The translations under genes and the position numbers were made by a program. DNA of 64,000 nucleotides, from contig NW_003526948.1 in the NCBI RefSeq assembly GCF_000181795.1, forward strand, positions 1,658,206-1,722,205, read 5' to 3'. The notes under the pieces are model-generated. The model searched no databases and was not told the DNA's origin. It was given only the letters and a program-made list of their open reading frames with translations. The DNA is from Trichinella spiralis. Lineage: Eukaryota. This document shows positions 13,409 to 27,910 of this stretch, piece after piece (the first letter of the stretch is position 1; every line of letters begins with the position of its first letter).

Positions 13409-14986
13409 ATTACTCTACATTATTGTATTTTATTTTATTCCAAATTATTATGGCTTATTTACTTTTTTGCAGTTTTGAATTGATATTTGGCATCATACTT
13501 AAGTTATTCATATTTTGATTATCATATTCCATGACAAAGCATGGAATATATAAACAAATCATTGCGTATCCTTCATTTTCAACATATTTATTATTAAATG
13601 CATTTTACTTTCTAATATGAACGGCAGCGTGTTAAAATATACGCATTCTTTGAGAAACGACAACCTGTCAAATCTTGAAAACTCTGTTCTTTTTTTAAGT
13701 CAAATAAATGAATTTTTCAATTTTTGAAATAAAAAAGTTACATTCTTGAGTGTTGAATGAGATGTGAAATTGAAAATTTCAATTTCAATTTGATGAAAAC
13801 ATCTTGCAATATTTTGAAACAATTATGTTGCTTTTTGTTGAATTTATTTTTAAATTAAAAAAAGTAAAACTTGTAAAGTAGAACGAAATGTCAAATTTGA
13901 TGACATGAGAAATGTATTTTAACATTGAAATGGAGAAACTTTGATGTTGATCATGCTAGTAACCACAACTGAAGCACCAGAGTATGGAATGTATTTTTTG
14001 TTAAATGCTCATTTGATCTGTATAAATTTAGCAAATAACAAATTTATACTACATTTTTATAATAATTTGACATTTAAATAATTTTGACAAATTTTCATTG
14101 CAGTTTCAAACTAATATTTAAAGTTAAAAAAGTATTCTTTATCATGTGTTACTTAAATTTTATTATTTAAATTTGAAAAACTATAAAAATTTTAATTCTT
14201 AAATCACAATTAATATAATCCGTTCGACAAATATGTATACAAAAATGGATTTATTTGAAGAAAAATGCTATTATTATCGTATTGTACCTGTTATTCATAA
14301 ATAGAACGTTACAGTAGACCAAAAATAACTGTAAAAATACATTATGTTAAAAATAACAAATAGCATTTGTTTATTGAAACATTGAAGTTTTCTGGTGACT
14401 CATCTGTTGTTGTGTTATGATTACTTGCATCACGAACTTTTTAAAAATAAATTTTACATAATATATTCATTCATTCAGTGAATTTAAACGCCATTGTTCC
14501 AGTTATATAGATATTTATAGAAACAATTAAAAAAAAACTGCATCAATAAAACTCCTTTTAAATTGCATTTCTGACAACCGTCATGTTTTTCTGTAGAAAT
14601 TTTGCAATCACACTATGGCTTTTTGGTGATCTACGTGCACTTGCTATGCTATAACAAGGAAAACGGTTTTAGATTGCAATCTTGCAAAGTTGTGCTGCAA
14701 TTACAATTAAAATTTCAACTTTCCAGTACTGATTCTCTTCATTCGCATAAACCTTCACGCAGATGTGATATTACAAATATTTTTTTAATTTCGCACACAT
14801 TTCAAAATACGATTTTGTCTTAATTTCAACGTAATCAATCAGTCACCATTATTTATAAACAGTCAAAAGTATTCTGTGAAATCAGTTGCATAATTAAAAG
14901 CAAACAGGATGGGAAAAATATTTGTCATAAGTTTCCCAACTAAACTACAAGCATACTGATATTAGAAGATATTAATCTGAGTTAAT

Positions 14987-17900
14987 TTATTCATTTAGTA
15001 TGATGTGCCTGGATTTGCCGATGTTCATTCCAGCTTGAGTTGCGCCCTTGTTGCTTCCATATTGTAAACCTATAACGCATTCACCGGCTCGTATTTGTTC
15101 TTCGGTCCATTCGCGCTTTTCGCCTTGTGCTTCTTTTGGACCCAACGATGGCTTGTTAAATTTTTCTGCCTGAAAATTTTAATTTTGAATCATAATACAG
15201 TAAACGAACTACAGTATGATCATCATCACTTTTCTGGCCACCGATGATAAGCAGATCAACACGGAATTTGGATCTTGCGCTTCGTACAAATCCACAGTCA
15301 TGAAACTTTCCGTTTTTGGTATTCCAACGACAGTTTCAGCAAAATTTAAAAAATGATTTATATTTTCCATCTGCTTGAAAGCCATTTTACTGTCGTTTAT
15401 TTTTTTAATTGCGCCTGGTTGCAATGCGTTCGCCAATCTAAATGTCAAATTTCACACGGTAAGTTTTTTGATGTTATTTTATTCTTTTATCATTGCAATA
15501 ACTGCCGCGTTGAACAAACCAACTGTCATAAAATTGAAACAAATTGCAATCAATTATTCTTACCCTGGCAGTGGAAAATTTCAAATTTCATCATTGAAGT
15601 TGCAATCAAAATAGTAGTAAGTTGTTTGGCTAGTGAAGTCAATGTTGCAGCATGTTTTTGTTTCTCCTCTCGCGATAAATTGTTGTGTGGTAAATGAAAC
15701 TTGAACAGCTATGTAATTTGAAGTCAGACGCGATTAGACCTTGTCCAAAGTCACGAATACGTGAAAAACGGATATACAAAAATTAATTTTTCATTCTTAT
15801 GATTAATATTTATAATTATTTTGAAAACATGATGCCAGTTGTCTTTTTTCCAATTATTTTCAGTTTATCAAAAACAGTGTAGCTTGTTAACGGTTTGTTT
15901 ATCAGTAATTTGTACGTTGAAATGAATTTTCACATACAGCTAGGCACAAATTCAAAAATGGAATAAACGAGAAAAACTCCAGTCAACATTCATTGTTCTT
16001 GTTTATTGGGTCGCCGTTTATCTTATAACTGGTTTATTAAAATGCAATAAGATGAGTAGCCCTTGAAAATTTAATAATCAGGCAATCATTGTAAAGTGTT
16101 TAACAGTCTTTTGTAATAGATTTTTCATGCCAAAAGTTAGAAACTTTTTCCCTGAAGAGCATTATTGAACATTACCTTTTCGTTCAAATTATTCAATAGT
16201 AACTAATAATACTTCAAGTAATTATTTATTGATTGGCATTATAAATTCAACTTTCAATTGCATCAGCAGTTCACTATCAATATTAAATAATAACTCATAA
16301 GTTTCAATAATGGGATATGCAAAATATATTCAAAAAAATATTTGAATGACTTTGCTATAACTAAACTTTGCATAAGCTTTTTTTAAATTTTATCATAAAT
16401 CACGTATTAGCGTGTAATTATAATATATTCAAATTCAACATTATTTTTATGCAATTCAGATTTGCATTATCAGCAGTGTGTGAAATGAAATTGCAACAAT
16501 AAAGTATAATTTTGATAAGGTTTGAAAGATAATGATACTGTAAATTTGGAAATTAAAATTGAAGTATGTGATGTCTTGTTTTCATTTATCATTTTATGGA
16601 ATAAAAGCAGACAATGACATTTATTTGATCAAGACAAATTCATCAGCGTTGTTGCTGCCACCCTGAAAAGTCGAGCAATATCGAACTGAACGAGAAAAAC
16701 CTGTATACATAACTGATAAAGTAATTCAAAAGGCTATTGTAGATGCATGACTGGATTCCCAGATACTTCTTCAGTATCATCTTAATGATTATAAACTAAC
16801 CTTGGCTTCTCGTTTCAAATATCTATGATAAGCGAATTTTAATTCACTGCATATTTTTTCATGATAAAAAATGTGAATACTTTTGTCCTGAATCATCAAA
16901 ATTAAACAAGCCATGCTTGCTGCACGACTGTCACTGTTTGTTTGCCACAGACAAATTGGAGCATTGTCATTTAATGTGAAGCAGTTGTAATTCATATATA
17001 TGATCATTAACGAAATATTCCAGTTGTCGAATGTTCAAGCTTCCACATTGAACGTAAAAGGAGACTTGAAACTATGTTCTACAGCAGATTGTCGATTTGA
17101 ATTCAAAACTCGAAAATGGGTGTGCATTGCAACGCCTGATTGCACAGCTTTTCAATTGTAAAAATAAATGCAAAACATCCTTTTCTCATTTCGGTCATTA
17201 ATTTATTTAACAAAAACGTTTATCATCTTCTCTTTGTTAGTTTATTATTCAAGTTAGTTTTATCAAATAATTGAAATTCTGCTTCGTATTTGCAATTTTT
17301 TATCCAATAATAACTAAATGCATACACACCATACATCTATTTCATCATAACTGTGTAATTTAGAAATTTAGAAAACTTGTAATAAAATGCGAAATACTAT
17401 TCATAAAATAATAAATTATTAAACAATTCTAAAGTGTGTTTAGATAATTGCTAATCCTGCTTTATAATAATTGCTATTTGACGGACTTTTAAATACTGAA
17501 ATGATCAGGAATATCCATTAGTAATTAATTGCAAGGTTATGAAAAAAACAAAAAAGATTTTAAAAAGTTGGAACAGTGAATTTTATCGTACTTATAAATA
17601 CGTTTGTCTGAAAGTTATTTTATAAAAGAACACTAATAATACCTGCAAAGGACGGTTCCATCTTTTAAGACATTTATGAAATTTTCCATTGAACCATCAG
17701 TGTTTAAATCTTGCTGATTGCTAACGTCAGAAATCCACTTCAATATTTGTTCTGCTAGTTGGCAGTTGTATTTACTTTGAATCTAAATTAAAGTATGCTG
17801 ATTTTTCCAACGGGCATAAATGGCATTTATCAAATTGTTGACCAGAGCAATTCATTTGTACTGTTCAATATCAATTGGATTAAGAAAGATAATATACTGC

Positions 17901-18310
17901 GCATTGAAATTCGTAAGATAATTCATAGAATGGTTATCTTATCATTAATAAAAGCGTGAATGTTATGAAATTGAGCATGATAATGATAATGATTAAATAT
18001 TATTTACTTTAATAACTTGTTTTAGAAAATAGAATTTTTTATTAACTTTATATTTACTAGCCAAAAATAATATTAACAATAAATATTTTGCATGCTTATT
18101 TATTTGCAATTAAGTAGATTGTGGTTCGTAAAATTTTATTTACAATTATTTGGAAGTGAAATTTTTGAAATGTTAAAATTTAGAAATTTCTGTGCAAATG
18201 GAATTTATTTTCTAAAAAATTAGACGAATTTTATTGTTACTTCAAAATGTGGAAAATATCACCTTTGCGTGAGCTTCAGCTGCAATACCAGATTTATCAG
18301 CACGTGACAT
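14987..18310 (-). CDS. Calponin-homology protein of the myophilin/transgelin/Mp20 type; exons ~18310-18263, 17782-17643, 15438-15229, 15170-14987
   Basis: Spliced MSRADKSGIAAEAHAK|IQSKYNCQLAEQILKWI...NFINVLKDGTVLCR|LANALQPGAIKKINDSKMAFKQMENINHFL...FMTVDLYEAQDPNSVLICL|...LGPKEAQGEKREWTEEQIRAGECVIGLQYGSNKGATQAGMNIGKSRHI. This is one CH domain plus one calponin repeat. Confidence 0.93.
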
Positions 18311-19836
18311 TGTCAAGCGAAACTGTGATGCGACGAACGTCAAGCTGTTGTATATGCCTGGTAAAAGTGCGTAAAAGCAGTAAAAAGCGTAGCCTGATAA
18401 ATAAATCAGCCAATGAAAACGCTTGCCTTTGACAATAATGCTTATGACTAACGACTAACCCACACACCAGCATTTTATTGGTCAGCAAATATGTGACATT
18501 GGTCATTGTGTTGTAAAAATTTGTGTAATTTTATTGGCAAATAGCAGAGTAGATTGGAAAACATTTCTGCATGTCTCTTTTGCATTAGTATCGGACAAAA
18601 GCGGTGCAGCATCATTTCATTTAGAATCGCTCGGCATGGTCTGATTTTTTTTTCATTGTTCTTTTCAAATTTTGTAACTAAGCAAAGAAAATTTCTTCAA
18701 GCACGTTTGGAATAGATTCAACATGTTTGAGTACAGTGTGACACATTGAACTAATGCAGGAACAGCGTGCATTCCAGAGATACTTTGAATTCTTTAATAA
18801 AGGTTTGGAATAAATACACTATTGCGATTATTAATGTTATTATTAGTGCATAATTTATAACTATATTGGTCTGTTAACCAAGTATCACGCAGTGTTTGAA
18901 TTATTATTTGTATGAAATCTTTTGTTGCAATTTTTCATTGAGGACTGGGAAATAGTCATATCAGAAAGTAATGCATCAGTTCAATAGATAGGTCACAGTC
19001 ATTATTAATTAAATATTTCATTTAATTTTGCGCAAACGTGATTTCAAATGTCAAATAGCGCTCACTTTCTCCATAGCCTATAGTATTTGAAATAGTTTTA
19101 ATTTTTCAATAAAATATCTGGATTATCAGGACAATACAATATTCTTTATAATTTTAAAGTGATTTTCTTTAATTTTGATAAATAACTTTGTAATTTTCTC
19201 GTAGCAGCCAACTGATCATAAATTGCAATATTCTTATTCCAGCATTTTCCAATAGCTACTGATCACGTCAGAGGCGCTGAAGCGTTTTACCACTGATAAT
19301 ATGTTTAATGTTCTCTTTGGCAATTAATTTTACATAAATACGATAATTACAGTAACTTCTGACATTATTTTACTATATTGTTTGCATTATTTATTCGCTG
19401 TGTTTATGCATACTTATTTACCAATGCACGGCAGTGTTGCTGGAAAATATCTGAAAATAGATAAATCATCCCTTACTTAAAAATTAAATTGAAGATATAG
19501 ATTTAATACATTTTTAATAAAAATTGATACATTTTATGTTTTTATTGCTGAAGATGAAATGGTTTTGTGCTGAGATTCAAAAATCAAAGTTTACTCTCGT
19601 TTAGCTTTATGCGGGATGCATATTTTTCTTTTAGAATACATTTAATGTAATGATAGAAATACAGCTCTAGTCAACTGGCAGTTTTTGCTAAGACTACTGT
19701 TTCTAAGCAAAAACAATCGAAGAAGCGGAAGCTAAAGCTTGTGAGTTTGTGATTATCGATCGAACTGAACTTTCAGTAGAAATTAGCTGAAAAGCAAACT
19801 ACATCGCAAACTGACAATCTAGACAACTGCAGATCG

Positions 19837-19912
19837 ATTATATGTATATACATATATATTATATGTGTATATATATATGCGTGTGTGTGTGTGTGTGTGT
19901 ATAATATGTATA
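19837..19912. repeat. Compound (TA)n/(TG)n microsatellite
   Basis: Direct runs between the divergent calponin-like and unc-11 genes. Confidence 0.85.
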
Positions 19913-20455
19913 ATAAATCGATCTTGAAGTACGTGAGCATTGTAATGTGCGTTAAATATGGCTTAAAGCTGTCGAAGCGCGATCGATATGAATGGCAGAA
20001 ACTGTTATTCCGTAATGCGTGGATATTATAGAATGACTTGATAGCGGTAAAATTAAATTTAAATAATAACGTACTTTATTAATTTTTTTTCGAGTATAAA
20101 TAGTTTCAAAACTTGAAAAAGAATGTTATCAAACTTTTGGATTACTGTAACAACCTACATTCCATATACTGTAATTGTTGTTAGTGAGCAACGCGATTTG
20201 TGAGCTCGGCTGCCCAACGCAGTGTTCATTTGTTACGCGTTTCCAGAGGCTCGTGTTTCTAATTTCGTAAAAGTACACTAACAGTATTATGTTTATGAAT
20301 TGTCTGCATGTGTTTTACCTTTGAAGTACATTGAAAATAAGCATACAATATTATTTTGGCAGTTTAAAGTTGACGAGTTGTTTTAAACTATTTTTGAACT
20401 ATGTTTGTTTTAAATCGGCTAATTTTAAAGTGGATACGTTGCGTTTTTGTTTTAG

Positions 20456-23400
20456 ATGGATAAAGTTTTACACGCACCGATGCCGTTCACAGCCAGTGGA
20501 CAAACTCTGAATGACCGTTTGACGGCCGCATTCCATTCACTAGCCGGCTCTCAATTGGGAAAGACGGTATGCAAAGCGACCACAGAAGAGGTTATGGGTC
20601 CAAAGAAGAAGCACTTGGACTGTAAGCATGTTTTTATTTCTGTATAATTATTCCATTGTTGGCCAAGCAGTTTTTGCTTTTCCTGGGTGTTTATCTAATT
20701 TCTCATTGATCCGATGTGACACTTCTGTTTGTCAACAAAGGTGGTCGCCGCTTTGTAGAATTTTCAAGAGATAAGTTTCAATGTTTGCCTACAATGATGA
20801 ATAATGACGATATGGGTAATATTTGAACATGAAATACATGTACGGTTGTGGGAAGGATTTTGAGGCGAAAAATGTAAGCTTGTCATACTGTCGTTCGTTG
20901 GGCGTTGAGTTCGTTCAGCTTTTTGAAGTGGTTGGTATTTGTTTCTCAATTTCTCAAGGCGTTCTAGTTCAAGGAAGGCTTCTTTGTTTCTGAGTTGAAA
21001 CAAGTTTTTTTTCCACTTTTATAATTTTGCATTAATTTTGAAATTTGTCGTGCTGTTGGCGGCTGTGAAAAGAGATTTTATTTCCATTCCGACATAGGGT
21101 GGAGTTTTGCCGGTGATCCGCTTCGGTTGGTGCATTCCGTCGAGAACGTCAATCGATCGATCGATTTGGCCGCCGCTAATTGAAAACTCCAATTATTAGC
21201 GAGGCGAATTTCTGGGCGCTTGATCGACGCGACTTTGTGCATTTGCACAAAATGTCGTTACTCGACGACGAACAGCACGTCGATTATCGATGGAAAAATT
21301 AAACCAGCCGGTCCGGCAAAATTGATTCTCAGACTGCGGATTCATTTCTAAGAGGTTGTCTAAATTACAGTAGTCGATGCATTCGAACGATGACACTTTT
21401 CAATGCGTTGTTCTTTTTTTTATTTTTTGAAATAACTTTGTGTAATTCTGAAAAGTTTCATCGGCACATTCTTATGTATGTAAACTTTGATCAGCATTCT
21501 TGTCTTGTAAAGTGTATGTACACTGGTGAATAATGTTCGAAGAGGTTGTTGATTGGCAAAAAATTGACAAAGTTTGTCAGATGTGAAAACGAAAAGAAAG
21601 CAATTTCACTTTACACCGAACGATATACGTTTTTTATGCAAACAAATGACAGACAGTATGTTTCACTTCGCAGTATTTGCTGTTTTCTTATCTACTGTTG
21701 AATAGGAAGGAGAATTGAATGACGAAGAATGGAAGAGGTTTTTTCTTTATTTATTCAACCATTTCAGAGCAGTTTAGTTGAAATATTGACAAATGGCAAC
21801 TGATTTCAATGTACATTACATATATATGTATATATATATATATGTGGGTGTGTGAGAGAGCAAGATTATAAAGCAAATTGAAAATGTCACTATTCACTGA
21901 AAAGCACTGAAAATATGTTTGCTGTCGTTTGTCACATTTGCTTGTTTGTCATTCTCAGGAAAATGGACTTCTCTTCTTGTTGAATTTTCTTTTTCAGTTT
22001 TGCGGCAAGGAGTCAGTAATTTGGATTAGTTAAATGGAATTTATTAAATATTGCAATGTAAATTCTATTGCAGTCGTTGTTTTGACTTTTTGAATAAATT
22101 TGGTAAATTTGTGGGTTGTTTATTGTGCTCTTGAGCTTGGCTTCATCATGCTTACCATGTTGTTATCAGGTGTTGCATTTGATTTTTGTAAGAGTTGTGT
22201 GTTCATATGCAATGTTACAGTTGCTTTTCTGAAATATTGATTCAATAATAAATTAGATGATTGTTGTCGAGGTTCGAAATGACAGTACTTTTTGTTTCAA
22301 GTAACTAATTTTGTACGGAAAAAAAATTTCGTTTGAAACATTCAGAAGCGTATATGAGACGCAATGTTGAATATGATTTTTCAATGAGATGCATTTCACG
22401 TATTACAAATAAGCAGTTTTTCAGAATAAAATATACAATACTGTAAAGGAAAGCCATTTTTTAAAATGTATTATTTTCTAGACTTACTTCACTGTTCCCA
22501 TGAACCGAACGTTAGCATTCCGCACCTGGCGAATTTACTTTTGGAACGTACGCAGAATACAAATTGGTGTGTGGTGTTTAAAGCGTTGATTACGATTCAC
22601 AATTTGATGTGCTATGGAAATGAGGTGAGTATTTGATTTTTTCTTTCATGTGAAACTTTTCATATATTACAAGATAGTGAAAAGTGATGACAAGTGGCTT
22701 GACTAGTTGATCACCGTTGCATGGTTTATTTTCAGCGTTTTCTGCAATACTTGGCTTCGTTGAATGCTGCGTTCAATTTGGCAAATTTTTTGGACAAAAC
22801 CACCGTCCAAGGTTATGACATGTCAACGCATATTCGTCGTTATGCGAAATACATCGGCGAAAAAGTGAACACTTACAGATTGATGGCTTTCGACTTTTGC
22901 AAAGTGAAACGAGGGTAATTCAAGTTTATACTTATTTATTTGTTTGTTTTAATCGGTTGCTTTCTTAAACAATTAATGCAAATGTTTTTCTTTGCACACT
23001 GATTGAAAAATTTTGCTCAGTGACTTTGTAAGTAAGTGTAAGAATGGACGTGATTTTTATGTTTATGTTTGATTGGTGGTAAATCAATTGATTGCCGTGT
23101 TATAGTTTCACACTTAGCTGGCAAGTAGAATTGATGTCGCTTGGACGGCTTTTATATATACATTGTGCAAAGAGGCGACGTAGCGTAGTCATTCATTATA
23201 AATTGATCATTCTCAAATTGTTGTTAGTCTCTCTTTTTAAAGAAGGAAACTCCTACTTATTTGGATTAGGTGAATATGTGTCTTAAAATCAGTTTAATTA
23301 TTTATTTACTTCAACTTTACTTTTATCTTGTTGTTTTTTGGTTGTTGACAGTCTGGGAAAATGATTTATGAAATGGCAAGATTGATGCATCTTGGGACAG

Positions 23401-25577
23401 CTGGAAATTAACCTTGACATTTCTTTACTGTAGCTTATTGACAAAGATTTTACAAAAGTGAAGTTTTTATAAAAAATCTATTCAAATATTTACAAGTTAA
23501 TTGACTTGTGTGGATAGGAATTATTCTTTGTTTTTTTTTCTTAATATTTCATTTTAATTAATTATGAAATTGGTGTTTTTGTGATACTTTGCATTTCTCT
23601 CATTGCAATATTCAATTAAATGTGTACCACAAAAAGAAGGGAAACAATCCGTTTATCATTTTAATTTTTCAGTGCTCAGAAGTAATTTTCATACCAATTG
23701 TGCACGTGGTTGTTAATTTCAATATATTAAATATGTGACGAGTGTTTTAAAATATTTTATTTACGCGTTTGTTTAGCCGTGATGACGGTTTATTACGTAC
23801 GATGCCGGTTGATAAGTTGGTGAAAACGTTGCCCGTTTTGCAAGGGCAAATCGACACGCTTCTTGAGTTTCAGGTGATATGCTGATGAAAAATTATTATT
23901 TTTGAATTTTTTTTCTTTCATTTTTCATATTTCTCTCTTTCAGGTCTCTCCGAATGATTTGACAAATGGCGTGATCAATAGCTGTTTTATATTGATGTTC
24001 CGCGATTTGATTCGTCTGTTCGCTTGTTACAACGATGGCATTATAAACTTGTTGGGTAAAATGATAGTCGACAGTGAAAAATGTTGTGAATTGAATATTT
24101 ATTTATTTCATGTAGAAAAGTACTTCGAAATGCCGAAAAAGCAATGCAAAGAAGCTTTAGAATTGTACAAGAAGTTTCTCACTCGTATGGATCGAGTGGC
24201 TGAATTTTTGAAAGTGGCAGAGGTGTGATTATTAATATTCAGAAGAAGAAAAGATTACAACTTTTTGTAATATTTAGAACGTTGGCATAGACAGAGGAGA
24301 GATTCCAGATTTAGCTCGCGCTCCGAGCAGTCTGTTGGACGCTCTCGAAGTACACTTGGCGTCGTTAGAAGCGCAGAAAGGTGGTAGCCGAGTTACTTCA
24401 CCTTCTACAACATGGTAACATACCCGGATGCTTTTTATTATTTCCTGCTCTTAATTTTCATTAAACTATAACTTTTTTGTCAAATTTCAGTGTCAATCTT
24501 GCCAGTCAGTTGCCAGCGCAAAATCAGCGAGATCCGTTTAGCATCACCACCAACACCACTACGACTGATTCTGGTGTTTATCCGGATTTGGATGCAATGA
24601 ATTCCTTGCGTGTAGGAGCGGTACTTTTTTTATTTGGCATTTTATATTAATTTCTGCTTTTCCTATTGTAAACGTTTCAGCGGGAAAAGACGACCCTATC
24701 TGAGGTGCCGTTTAGCGTCATGCATGCAGCCGCTGCATCCACGTCATCATTTAACCCGTTTGCTGATCCTGAGCCGACAGATCGTCATCAGGTGAAATAT
24801 AATTGATTTATTATTATTATTATTATTATTATTGCTCACTTGTTTAGCTTTTGATGATTGAATTATGTTTTATTTAGGAAGAGTTGCTGATGTGGAACAC
24901 AAATCCATTTGCCGATAATTACCCTCCAGTTAGCGCTACACCGCCTTTGCAGCCACAGCCAGCGGCGACGCAATTTATCCCCAACGTGGGATGGAATGTA
25001 CCACAAGTACAACAGCAACAACAAGTTGGTGGTACGCAGTAGCTGAATTGCTCAACATTAGTAAAAGTAAAAAATTTTTTTAATATTTCATTTTTACTTT
25101 TCAGGAGCACCATTTGCGACCAATGGTCACGCACCGATGAATACGATGAATTTTGCAAGTGAAGAGTCGTTTGGTCGGGCTTTTGCTAGTGGTGGTGTTG
25201 TAGGTGGTGGAAGTAGTGGTGGCGTGAGTCAGTCGACCACAGCAGGTAAAGCTAACAGTATTTTTATCAAATATTTATTTACATTTTTTGTGTTTTTCCA
25301 TATTTATTGAAAATATTGTTGTATATATATTTGTAATGATGAATATGTTGTCGATTTCGCTTTGACAAGCACAACGCGTCCTGTGTACTTGCTGCACGTC
25401 TGTTTATTATTCTGTTGGAGACGCATTTTTATTGTTTTGTATATTTTATGTAAAATTGTTTGTTGTTGTCAGTGTTTTTGTTTTTTCTTGTTGCCATCCA
25501 TTGCAGTATCGGCCGAAGAATTTGTTTCATCACTAGGTAAGTCAGTAAACTTTGTTTTCAACTAACTGTTCCGCTTC

Positions 25578-25619
<42 letters not shown>

Positions 25620-27910
25620 GTCGTCACTGTTCGTCATGGAGTTTGCATGTGTTTTTTTAAACTAACTAGTTTGTTTGTCGCTGTGGTGCTTTTCTGTTTT
25701 TATTTGCCTTTCTTGGTGCAGATTATTTCTATGAATGCAAGGTGGATATTTAAAAGCTTATCTATTTAGTTATTTATTATTTGTTGGTTGAACGTTTTAA
25801 AGTTACTTTTTAGCTACCAATCCATTTCTGAGTGATACCTTTGCATCATCGAATGCTGCTTGTACTCAACCGCCTCCTCCGATGCCACCGCTTCCTGTTG
25901 TTGCAGATCCTGAACCAACATGGACTCCAGAATTTTCCAACGAAGGTTATAATTGGTTTTCTATTTCATTTTTTATTTATTGGTTGTTTTCTTATATGTT
26001 TATGGTTATGTACTTTGGGTTTTTTTATTTTTTTCAGGGGTTGATCAAAAGTCGCAGCATCCATCGGTGCCGATACATTCAACAGAATCAGCCGCAGAAA
26101 TTATTGCCCAGCTGAAGCAGAATGCTCAAGGTTAAAATCAACAATGAAATGAATAGTTTCTTTTTTTTATTTTGCTTTTGTTTAACTGTTTTTAGCTTTG
26201 AGCAGTGCAACTCGATTTAAAGCCCCTCAGGCATCCCCAGCTGGGATAGCACAACAACAGCAGCCACAACTACCACAGCAGCAGCAGCAGCAGCAGCAAC
26301 AACAACAACAACAGCAACACCATCAAGAACAGCAACAACAACAACGATACCAACAACAGCAACATTATTCTGCATTGCAAAGTGGAAGCGTGGAAGCAGC
26401 ACGAGTTGGAGCACCTGTACATGCCAGCTTACCGGCACCCATTTCAGGTTATTGAAATCTGACTGTCTAAAATTTTTTATAGTTTCAATGAAAAAACGCT
26501 GTTAAATTTTTTAGCACTCAATTTGCCAAAAAAGCCATCCTTAGATGATGGCTCTGACGGTGAGCCGGATTCTGAATCTTCGAAAATTGCCACTGCGACC
26601 GAAGTGACAACGTCCACAACGCACGGAGGCGTCTACTTGGATACGCCTTTTTGTAAACATTTTGCGTTTGCTGTTTGTTGCTTTTGCTTTGAATTCATTT
26701 TCTTTTTTTTAAGCTAACATGGATGCAAGTTACAGCTGTACTAATTCGCCGTTGATTCAAAGAGCTTATCATGCAGTTGTCAGTCAAGCTTCACCGGTTC
26801 CTCCATATGGTCATGCCACCGGTGATTGGGGTGGTCAGCAGAGAATACCTACTGCATATAGCGCAGCAGTAGGTGCTCAGCAGCCCGCCGCTGCAGTGAC
26901 ATTCGATGCGAACATTGGTGAGGGCCACGGCCCTGTTGAAATGTTGTATAATTATTGGAACTGTTGTGTGATAGAAACAGTGATGTGTTGTGCTTGTCAT
27001 AGTCGATGTTATTTGTTATCATTGAAATTTCGTTTGCTTTCGAATTTTTAAATTTATTATTAATATTTGCACGACGATGTTTAATTTATGTTTGAAAACG
27101 CTCAGGATTTGGTTCCGCTAGTGGAAGTGATTTGATGAATTTCGGTTCTTCGAAGCAGCCTCCAACAGCAGGAACAGCAGCGAACAGGCTAGGTGGTACG
27201 GATTTGGATTCGACCATTGCGAATTTGGCCAAAAACTTGAGTTTGGATCGAAACAGTCAGGACACGTAAGTCGACTATTGATATTATTTTTTTATTTGTT
27301 TTTTCTTGAATGTTATTTTGCGGAGAATATGTATTTCAGAAAGGCAAATGGTGCTCGTACCGGGATGATGATGCAGTCGGCAATGTATGGTCAACCGACG
27401 CCGACGATGCCACCGCATCCATACATGCAACCATATCCGTACATGCAGTTCACGGCAGAAAAAACACCAATAATGATGCAAGGATCGATGATGAATAACG
27501 TAAGTGATCTATCTCCCCTTCGATAGAATGGAAAACATTTTTCCACTTTAAAATATGTTGGCTAATTTTAGTATACGATCAGTAAATGAACGACAGTATG
27601 CACATTTATTATTATTATTATTATTATTATTGATAATCATTTGCTTATGCATATACTTTCAATGGTCGACTGTTTGTTAATAATTTTGTTGAATTTTATT
27701 TAGATGCCCATGCAGATGTACCCAGTGGCACCGGCAATGTACCAACCGTACTCCAATATGAGACCTGTTGGTGGAACTGGAATACCCGCAGCGCAACATA
27801 TTCCACCAACTCTAAGTGGGAACGCAGAATGGGCATCTGCTAATCGACAACATCCACCCGGTTTAGGTGATACATCATCTGCTCAGCAAGATCCTTTCGG
27901 TGCGATGTGA
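20456..27910 (+). CDS. unc-11: Clathrin assembly protein AP180/PICALM (unc-11): ANTH domain plus long low-complexity tail, multi-exon
   Basis: [152 protein letters not shown]. The tail has NPF and DPF motifs and [13 protein letters not shown], and ends QDPFGAM*. Confidence 0.95.
26251..26362 (+). repeat. CAG/CAA polyglutamine-coding tract in an unc-11 exon
   Basis: [36 protein letters not shown] in frame. Confidence 0.85.
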
